DNA of 34,365 nucleotides from an uncultured bacterium (GTDB lineage Bacteria; Chlamydiota; Chlamydiia; Chlamydiales; SM23-39): NCBI GenBank assembly GCA_964441355.1, contig CAYTXY010000001.1, positions 1 to 34,365 of the forward strand, read 5' to 3'. Shown piece by piece: positions 25,340 to 34,365 of this stretch (position 1 is its first letter; each line of letters starts with the position of its first letter). The notes under the pieces were generated by a model. It saw only the letters and a program-made list of their open reading frames with translations, ran no database searches and was not told where the DNA came from. The position numbers and the translations under genes were made by a program.

Positions 25340-26398
25340 ATGTCAGAACGTTACCCTATGAGCAGTTTCCCCAACAGCTGGTATGCTGTCGCAAAACTCA
25401 GTGAGTTGCCGCATGGGAAAGTCTTGCCCATCAAATCGCTTGGCAGAGACCTAGTGGCTTTTCGGACAGAATCGGGAGCGGTGAGCGTTCTCGACGCCCA
25501 CTGCCCGCATCAAGGGGCGCATCTTGGCCATGGAGGGATCGTAAAGGGAGAGACCATCGAGTGCCCCTTCCATAAATGGTGTTTCGATCCTAAGGGAAAG
25601 TGCCAAAAAATTCCCTATTCCAAAACGATCCCAAAGACGAAAAAAGCGGAGATCCATGCTTATCCAACCGTGGAGAGGCTTGGGCAGATTCTCATCTACT
25701 GCAGCAGCGACGGAAGCGCCCCCTCATGGGAAATTCCCGATTTCAGAAACGAGGTGGAAGGAAATTGGACGGAGCCGACCTACTCCGAGATGATCATTAA
25801 GACCCACCTTCAGGAACTTGCTGAAAATGGGTTTGACGTACCCCATTTTGAGCCGGTTCATGGATCCGAAGAAAACAGCATCGAGCTGGATAAAAAGCAG
25901 CTCTTCGGACCTGCGCTGTTTTTTTCTCTAAATTTAGTCTACCCGGGCAACGGGATCGGAAAATTTGGCAAAAAGGTTCCAGTCCATGTCAAATGGAGGT
26001 ATAATTGCCTCAGCGTTTTCGATAACTTTGTCACTCTTCGGGACTATCCGATGGAGATCCGCCAGTATTTCTTCTTCACGCCCTTGGATGAGGAGAGGGT
26101 GCGGATACAAGTGGCCTTGCGCATCAATAAGGACACGATTAAGCTCCCAGCCCCTTTGCGCTATTTTGTGCTCAAACTCATCGAAAAGCAGAATCGGAAG
26201 ATCCTTTTGAAAAACTTTGAGGAGGATCGGCCCATTTGGGAAAACAAGAAATACCGCGAGCCGCCGATTCTCTGCGAAGGAGACGGGCCCATCATCTACC
26301 TCCGAACCTGGATGAAGCAATTCTACACCCCTGAGGGAATCGCAAAACTGGCCAAAAGAAAGGATTTTTCAGGGGCTGACGAAGCGCCAACGCATTAA
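25340..26398 (+). CDS. Rieske [2Fe-2S] non-heme-iron oxygenase, KshA/Neverland-like
   Basis: Rieske motif CPHQGAHLGHGGIVKGETIECPFH (CxH-x17-CxxH). Mononuclear-iron motif NGFDVPHFEPVH (D-x2-H-x4-H). The N-terminal FPNSWYAVAKLSELP...VAFRTESGAVSVLDAHCPH resembles the KshA and cholesterol 7-desaturase families. Confidence 0.9.
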   Translation: MSERYPMSSFPNSWYAVAKLSELPHGKVLPIKSLGRDLVAFRTESGAVSVLDAHCPHQGAHLGHGGIVKGETIECPFHKWCFDPKGKCQKIPYSKTIPKTKKAEIHAYPTVERLGQILIYCSSDGSAPSWEIPDFRNEVEGNWTEPTYSEMIIKTHLQELAENGFDVPHFEPVHGSEENSIELDKKQLFGPALFFSLNLVYPGNGIGKFGKKVPVHVKWRYNCLSVFDNFVTLRDYPMEIRQYFFFTPLDEERVRIQVALRINKDTIKLPAPLRYFVLKLIEKQNRKILLKNFEEDRPIWENKKYREPPILCEGDGPIIYLRTWMKQFYTPEGIAKLAKRKDFSGADEAPTH

Positions 26399-26407
26399 AT
26401 CTATGAG

Positions 26408-26506
26408 TTGAAAAATGAACCACGGAGATAAGATACCACAGAGGCGGGGAAGCCCCGCGCCCCAAAATATTAAAGAAACCCTAGGCGGTCCTTATCTCTG
26501 TGGTTT
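26408..26506. repeat. Second copy of the REP/MITE-like unit (26408-26470) with a short inverted partner (26491-26506)
   Basis: GTTGAAAAATGAACCACGGAGATAAGATACCACAGAGGCGGGGAAGCCCCGCGCCCCAAAATAT aligns with 24985-25050 in the same orientation. AACCACGGAGATAAG can pair with CTTATCTCTGTGGTT, giving a long hairpin between the convergent Rieske and MarC genes. It starts 10 nt after the Rieske stop. Confidence 0.8.
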
Positions 26507-26523
26507 ACTTTTCAAGACAACCT

Positions 26524-27135
26524 CTAAATCTTGAAAAAATCTTTTACGAGAAGCAGGGTGCCGCTTGTGAACATTTGAATTCCAATCAGGCAGACGAGCA
26601 TCCCGCCGAGTCTTTCGACTGCGATGAGCCCCTTGTTCCCCAATATTTTTTTAATGAGGGAGCCCGCAAGGATGATGAGGAGCGAGGGGACCCAGGCGCA
26701 AAAGGCCGCAGCCGCTACGTAAAGCGGATCGCCTGTCTCATGGGCATAGAGCATGACGGTCGTGATGGCCCCAGGGCCTGTAATGACTGGGATGGCCAGG
26801 GGAATGATCATCGGCTCTTGGGTGAGCTTTTCAACCTCAGCGCCAGGTCTCGGGAAAATCATGCCGAGGGAGATGATGAAGAGAAGGATCCCTCCGGCCA
26901 TGCCGATAATCGGGCGGGTGATTCCTAAGACTCTGAGCACCGCATCGCCGAAAAATGTGAAGATGAGGAGGATGCCAAGGGCGATGATCAGCTCCCTAAC
27001 GATGATCTTGGCTTGCCTTTTTTGGTCGAACCGGGCCAGAAGAGCGAGAAAGAGCGGAACTTGGCCCGTGGCGTTCAAAACGAAGAAAATCGCGGCCGTA
27101 ATTGTTAGAAAGGATGCTTCCGGTGAAATATTCAT
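26524..27135 (-). CDS. MarC-family (UPF0056) integral membrane protein
   Basis: FFVLNATGQVPLFLALL and PLAIPVITGPGAITTVM match the two conserved MarC-family segments. I prefer the ATG at 27135 (MNISPEAS...). The longest-ORF start at 27213 would overlap the divergent mtaB start. Confidence 0.8.
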   Translation of the reverse strand: MNISPEASFLTITAAIFFVLNATGQVPLFLALLARFDQKRQAKIIVRELIIALGILLIFTFFGDAVLRVLGITRPIIGMAGGILLFIISLGMIFPRPGAEVEKLTQEPMIIPLAIPVITGPGAITTVMLYAHETGDPLYVAAAAFCAWVPSLLIILAGSLIKKILGNKGLIAVERLGGMLVCLIGIQMFTSGTLLLVKDFFKI

Positions 27136-27172
27136 AGCGGCAGATTCTACCAGGATGGCATAATTAACTGCT

Positions 27173-28411
27173 ATGAAAAAATTCAAAGTGGTTACGCTCG
27201 GCTGCCGCACCAATCAGTACGAGTCCCAAGGTTATTCGGATCAGCTCCGCCGGCTCGGCTACGCCCCCGCGAACGATGGGGAGGAGGCCGACCTCTGCAT
27301 CGTGAATACCTGCACGGTCACCGAGGGGGCCGACAGCGCGTCCCGCCATGAGATCCGGCATCTGTTGAAGTCGCATCCGAATGCCAAGCTCGCAGTGACC
27401 GGCTGCATGGCCGAAAGCGCGCCGGACATTGTCCGCGGGATCGACCCGAGGATCGAGATTGTCCCAAACGCTGAAAAAGAGCGTCTCTTGAACCGGATTC
27501 TGCCGGAAGAGGCTTGGCCGGAGTTCAACATCCAAACGTTCGATGGGCATACCCGCGCCTTCGTCAAGGTCCAAGACGGGTGCAATTCCTTCTGCACTTA
27601 CTGCATCCTCCCCTATGTAAGAGGCCGCTCAAAGTCGCGCCAGATCCCCGAGGTCGTCCGCGAAGTGGAAGGGCTCGTCGCAAACGGCTACAAGGAAGTC
27701 GTCATCACGGGGATCAACGTTGGGGATTTCGATGGGGGAGGCCGGCTCGCCGACCTTGTCCGGGCTGTGGATCGAGTGGAAGGATTGGAGCGGCTGAGGA
27801 TCTCCTCGATCGACCCGGACGAGGTGGACGCCGACCTCGCGAGCGCGGTGTTGAACGGCCGCGCGACCTGTCCGAGCATGCACATCGTCTTGCAAGCGGG
27901 CTCGAATGTCGTTTTGAAAAGGATGAACCGGAAATACACGCGGCAGATTTTTTTGGAAACGGTCGAAGCGATGCTCCAAAAAGAGCCAGACTTTACCGTG
28001 ACGACCGATATCATCGTCGGATTTCCTGGGGAAAGCGAGGCCGATTTCCAAGAGACCCTCGACATTGTCTCGAAAGTCCGGTTTGCCAAGGTCCATATGT
28101 TTCCCTATTCCCCAAGAAAAAGAACCCGCGCCGCCCTTTATCCGAATCAAGTGGGGCCCGATGTGATCCGCCGCCGCAAGCAGGAGCTGCTCCGCCTCGC
28201 CGAAAAGACGGCATTCGAGCTGAGGAACCGATTCATCGGGCGGAAAATGCCGGTCCTTTTGGAAAATGAAGAAAAGGATGGGATGCTCTTTGGCCATACG
28301 CCGAATTTCCTCCGCGTCATGGCGCCAAAGCAAAACTTCCAGCCGAATGATCTGATCGAACTCGAACTCATTGAAAATACGCCCGCCGGTTTGTTAGGGA
28401 GGCCAATATAA
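27173..28411 (+). CDS. mtaB: Radical-SAM methylthiotransferase MtaB (tRNA t6A37 methylthiotransferase)
   Basis: N-terminal MTTase domain FKVVTLGCRTNQYES. Radical-SAM cluster GCNSFCTYCILPYVRG (CxxxCxxC). C-terminal TRAM-like segment. Length of 412 aa. Confidence 0.9.
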   Translation: MKKFKVVTLGCRTNQYESQGYSDQLRRLGYAPANDGEEADLCIVNTCTVTEGADSASRHEIRHLLKSHPNAKLAVTGCMAESAPDIVRGIDPRIEIVPNAEKERLLNRILPEEAWPEFNIQTFDGHTRAFVKVQDGCNSFCTYCILPYVRGRSKSRQIPEVVREVEGLVANGYKEVVITGINVGDFDGGGRLADLVRAVDRVEGLERLRISSIDPDEVDADLASAVLNGRATCPSMHIVLQAGSNVVLKRMNRKYTRQIFLETVEAMLQKEPDFTVTTDIIVGFPGESEADFQETLDIVSKVRFAKVHMFPYSPRKRTRAALYPNQVGPDVIRRRKQELLRLAEKTAFELRNRFIGRKMPVLLENEEKDGMLFGHTPNFLRVMAPKQNFQPNDLIELELIENTPAGLLGRPI

Positions 28412-28413
28412 AT

Positions 28414-29409
28414 ATGAAAATTTCGATTTCGAATCGACTGAAGCCATTTTCCCATACGCCGGGCGCCGCATGCCTCATTCCCGGCACGTGCTGGGAAATC
28501 GATGCCTTCCCTGCCCTGATCCGTTTGGGCAAAAAATATGAGCTTTCCCTTTACTTGACCGGCCCGGTCAAAGATTTTACTCTCGAGCAAGACCTCGAAA
28601 AAAACTGCGTGATGGTCGCTGGACACGCCAAAGAGGGGTTCTACCGCCTCAAGTTCCAAGGCAAGTCAGGCGGCATCGAGATGGCGGCCGTCAACGCGCC
28701 TGTCGGATTTTTGATCAACGGCGCTCCCGTCCGCTCGCAAGAGAGGCTCTTTTTTGCGGACGAGGTCGATTTTTTTCTCCCTGCAAACTGGGAGCGCCTC
28801 TTTCTCGGCGTGAGCAAAGCCCTGGACTGGGATCTCGTCGTCCGGCGGTTCGACACCCGGGAAATTTTGCCTCTCCTCTTCGGCCTTGGCCAAAAACTCC
28901 CTCTGATAAAACCTCAGCCTTTGCAAGGGACTGGAAAACTTTTGGAAGAGGGGAAACTGGACTCCTTTTGCAGGGCTGCCTTCGGCAAGATGTTAGTGCC
29001 CAGGCTGATCGACGAGCAGCACCAGGGCCTCGTCCTTCCCGAAACGGCCATCGGCGGCGATCCTTGCTTCCTTCTCCAGGAAGCAGCCCGCCGCATCCGA
29101 GCCCTATTCTTTCGCCAAGAGGGAAGCCAGGTCAGCCTTCTTCCCGCAAACACATTCCCTTCTGGTCGGATGACGGGGATCTTCGCATCGGGGATTGGCG
29201 AAATCGATCTGGAATGGGCGAGCCGCCAGCTTCGGCGGGCGATTTTGCGGGCTTCTTCTTCGGAAGAGGTGACGATCGTTTTACCGAAAGGGCTGCTCTC
29301 GTTTAGGGTAAGAACAGCGCTTTCTCAAAAGGGACATCGCTTTGAGGGCGGAGAGCCGATCTCTATCGAATCGGGAAAAACCTACTTCTTCGACCGGTTT
29401 CATAAGTGA
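28414..29409 (+). CDS. Hypothetical protein (331 aa)
   Basis: ATG lies 2 nt after the mtaB stop, with a GGGAGG Shine-Dalgarno-like sequence upstream. Soluble-looking product. No motif recognised. Confidence 0.7.
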   Translation: MKISISNRLKPFSHTPGAACLIPGTCWEIDAFPALIRLGKKYELSLYLTGPVKDFTLEQDLEKNCVMVAGHAKEGFYRLKFQGKSGGIEMAAVNAPVGFLINGAPVRSQERLFFADEVDFFLPANWERLFLGVSKALDWDLVVRRFDTREILPLLFGLGQKLPLIKPQPLQGTGKLLEEGKLDSFCRAAFGKMLVPRLIDEQHQGLVLPETAIGGDPCFLLQEAARRIRALFFRQEGSQVSLLPANTFPSGRMTGIFASGIGEIDLEWASRQLRRAILRASSSEEVTIVLPKGLLSFRVRTALSQKGHRFEGGEPISIESGKTYFFDRFHK

Positions 29410-29513
29410 TCGAAGAATTCCCTCTGAAGGGCCGAGACTCTCGCCGAGCTGGTCGTTCAATCAAGTTTGGAGACATCGATAGAGGGCGTGACATCAAGTT
29501 CGACAAAAAGACA

Positions 29514-29543
29514 TTGCAGGTTTATCCTATTATTCGGTATAAC
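29514..29543 (+). promoter_or_regulatory. Candidate sigma70-type promoter of the higBA pair
   Basis: TTGCAG (29514-29519), an 18-nt spacer, then TATAAC (29538-29543). This lies about 20 nt upstream of the preferred higB ATG. Sequence match only. Confidence 0.3.
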
Positions 29544-29565
29544 GATATGAAATGTGATTTTTTGC

Positions 29566-29865
29566 ATGATCGTTTCTTTCGATGACCTGACCACAGAAGA
29601 TGTTTTCAATGGTCGATATACAAAAAGGGTAAGGACAAAACTGTCGAAAACTCTTTTTGAGATTGCACAAAAAAAGCTCGATATGTTGAATGCGTCTTTT
29701 AGGTTGGATGATTTGAAAGTTCCGCCGGGCAATCGACTGGAGATGTTACAAGGCGACTTGAAGGGACTGCATAGTATCCGAATAAACGATCAATGGAGAA
29801 TCACTTTCAAGTGGGTAGTAGGCCATGCAGAAAATGTCAAAATTGTTGATTATCATAGAGGTTGA
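29566..29865 (+). CDS. higB: HigB-type toxin (RelE/ParE superfamily, 'plasmid maintenance system killer')
   Basis: MIVSFDDLTTEDVFNG...LKVPPGNRLEMLQGDLKGLHSIRINDQWRITFKW..AENVKIVDYH matches the canonical HigB pattern (PPGNRLE.L.GD..G..SIRIN.QWRI.F.W......V.IVDYH). I prefer the internal ATG at 29566 over 29554. Confidence 0.85.
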   Translation: MIVSFDDLTTEDVFNGRYTKRVRTKLSKTLFEIAQKKLDMLNASFRLDDLKVPPGNRLEMLQGDLKGLHSIRINDQWRITFKWVVGHAENVKIVDYHRG

Positions 29866-29867
29866 GC

Positions 29868-30194
29868 ATGCTTCCTAATCATCGACTTCCTTCTATGCCC
29901 GGACTTATACTTCAGAGCGAGTTTTTAGATCCTCTAAATATTTCTCAGAGCGAGTTCGCCGCTCATTTGGGAGGATCGTGGACACAGCCTAAGTTGAATG
30001 GGATAATCAATGGTAAACGTCAGATTACAGTAGAAATTGCTCTCGATCTTGCTGAAGCGCTAGGAACCTCGCCACAGTTTTGGATGAATTTGCAAAATAA
30101 TTACAATTTGGCCGTAGCAAAAAAAAATAGGAAAAAAACTCCTAAAATCAGGCGTGTACGCCCAAGAAGAAATATTCGGGCTAGATTTGTCTAG
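29868..30194 (+). CDS. higA: HigA-type antitoxin (XRE-family HTH)
   Basis: PGLILQSEFLDPLNISQSEFAAHLGGSWTQPKLNGIINGKRQITVEIALDLAEALGTSPQFWMNLQNNYNL is the typical HigA HTH. It lies immediately downstream of higB (toxin-first order). I prefer the ATG at 29868 over the TTG at 29862. Confidence 0.85.
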   Translation: MLPNHRLPSMPGLILQSEFLDPLNISQSEFAAHLGGSWTQPKLNGIINGKRQITVEIALDLAEALGTSPQFWMNLQNNYNLAVAKKNRKKTPKIRRVRPRRNIRARFV

Positions 30195-30357
30195 TCCAAG
30201 GATAAATGATCTCAGATTCGGTCTAATTTACGAACCATGTCTTGAGATAACTTCGCATGACCTTGTTCGGCGCTATGAATCACAGAAACGTTCCGTTTCT
30301 TGGAAACGATTATTCAGTAGAACGGGTCCAATCTACGTACTAAGTACCGGGACTTTT

Positions 30358-31206
30358 CTAAAGCCGCCCCTTTAACTCAAGTTTATTTTGGAGAGATCGA
30401 TGGAGGCGGGGGATGAAGATGGCAGCATCCTCTTTAGCCCGGGCGGGATCGTGGATAAAATTACCGACATCGAGGGCCATCGCCTCCCCATTGATAAAGC
30501 CAAAATTGCAAGAGAGCCTGGGGTCGATGTTTTTTAAACCGAGATCCCCCAAACGATGGATCAGGAGTGAAAAAGAGGAAAGGAGCCGCTCGCGCTCTTT
30601 TGGATCAGCGTTGATCAGGGTCGGCATCAAAGGCTCGCATTTTTTTTGCAGGATAAAACGATATTCCGCAGGATCGAGCTGGTGGGTTCTGCCCAATCGA
30701 TCCTTGATTCGGAGAATGGGAAAGGCGCTTCTTTTCGGATTGAGATGAACATAGACAAGCCCAGTCAGGGGCGCGGCTTGGGTATAAGCCATTTTGCAAG
30801 ACGTCAAAACCTTCGGCACTTCGGTTGCTAGGGGATGGGGATCCTCCATAGTTCCTCGCCTCCACTTTTTGATCTTATGGGCGATCATTTGTCCGAAAGG
30901 GATCTTGCAAGCATCGAAGCGAAATAGCTTAAGAACGTGCTTGCCATCCTGGCTGATAAATACAAAACATTGTTTTCCTTTGGCAAAATAGGAAAAGATT
31001 TGCCCTAAAATCGCTTCAAGCTCTTGGCTTTTTTCTAAACTCAGAGGTTCGTTTTCCCATTCAGGATTGTCTGGCCAATCGAGAGCGCATTTTGCGGGTC
31101 TAAACCCGTGAGTGATCCGATGGCACAGATTCGGACAAGCTGCAAAGAGATACACGACTCCAAAACAGACAATCACCCTTCCCACAGTTTTCAAATGAAG
31201 TCCCAT
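30358..31206 (-). CDS. Signal-anchored hypothetical protein with kinase-like motifs
   Basis: N-terminal hydrophobic anchor VGRVIVCFGVVYLFAA. FAKGKQCFVFISQDGKHVLKLF resembles a Gly-loop plus catalytic Lys. GLKNIDPRLSCNFGF and ALDVGNF resemble the catalytic loop (D..N) and DFG of APH/choline-kinase/Kdo-kinase-type folds. The function is inference. Confidence 0.7.
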   Translation of the reverse strand: MGLHLKTVGRVIVCFGVVYLFAACPNLCHRITHGFRPAKCALDWPDNPEWENEPLSLEKSQELEAILGQIFSYFAKGKQCFVFISQDGKHVLKLFRFDACKIPFGQMIAHKIKKWRRGTMEDPHPLATEVPKVLTSCKMAYTQAAPLTGLVYVHLNPKRSAFPILRIKDRLGRTHQLDPAEYRFILQKKCEPLMPTLINADPKERERLLSSFSLLIHRLGDLGLKNIDPRLSCNFGFINGEAMALDVGNFIHDPARAKEDAAIFIPRLHRSLQNKLELKGRL

Positions 31207-31254
31207 CCTATTCCTTTTTTTGAGTTATTTTGATCCATCGTATATTTTACTGCT

Positions 31255-34365
<3,111 letters not shown>

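Noticed and set aside
27136-27213. Longest-ORF N-terminal extension of the MarC-family gene
   Set aside because: The extension would overlap the divergent mtaB start by 41 nt. It adds a non-conserved leader. The internal ATG at 27135 precedes the first conserved TM segment.
27514-28333. 251-aa (+, alternative frame) and 234-aa (-) ORFs inside mtaB
   Set aside because: The mtaB frame has the radical-SAM CxxxCxxC and MTTase motifs. The alternatives are Arg/Pro/Gly-rich translations typical of off-frame reading in GC-rich coding DNA.
29457-29732. 91-aa minus-strand ORF overlapping higB, and the 73-aa ORF 30154..30375
   Set aside because: The first is antisense to a textbook HigB frame. The second overlaps the higA 3' end and runs through the A+T-rich non-coding tail and into the 3' end of the convergent 30358..31206 gene, with no motif.
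30285-30299. Hairpin GAAACG-TTC-CGTTTC downstream of higA as an intrinsic terminator
   Set aside because: It has only a 6-bp stem with a 3-nt loop and no real T-run (TTGG follows). That is too weak to call.

Overview
This 34.4-kb window is bacterial and gene-dense. I support about 26 protein-coding genes. I saw no rRNA, tRNA or CRISPR array.

Housekeeping genes sit at the flanks. On the left are an FAD oxidoreductase, two GT2 glycosyltransferases, a PhnP-like MBL hydrolase, hflX and a sugar-porter MFS transporter. On the right are a MarC-family protein, mtaB, glgB and the 5' part of ligA.

The centre (about 9.06-24.98 kb) looks accessory. It holds a minus-strand, translationally coupled five-gene operon. 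In that operon an uninterrupted 3,196-aa ORF is bracketed by two pairs of paralogous two-TM proteins. The giant ORF carries an SF2/DEAD-type ATPase core in its C-terminal third. Next to the operon are a TM-anchored protein built from Cys-x(7-13)-Cys pairs and a divergently transcribed TM-anchored AAA+ ATPase that strongly resembles eukaryotic ATAD3. I recognise none of the operon proteins as a characterised family, so this is my candidate for an undescribed system.

Other notable items:
- A roughly 504-bp foldback element (about 170-bp inverted arms) exactly fills one intergenic gap.
- A REP/MITE-like repeat family brackets a KshA/Neverland-like Rieske oxygenase.
- An A+T-rich islet carries a HigB/HigA toxin-antitoxin pair.
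- A signal-anchored protein has a kinase-like fold.

The mix of eukaryote-like proteins and TM-hairpin proteins suggests an intracellular, PVC/Chlamydiae-like organism. That is inference only. All calls rest on motif reading by eye; no searches were run.
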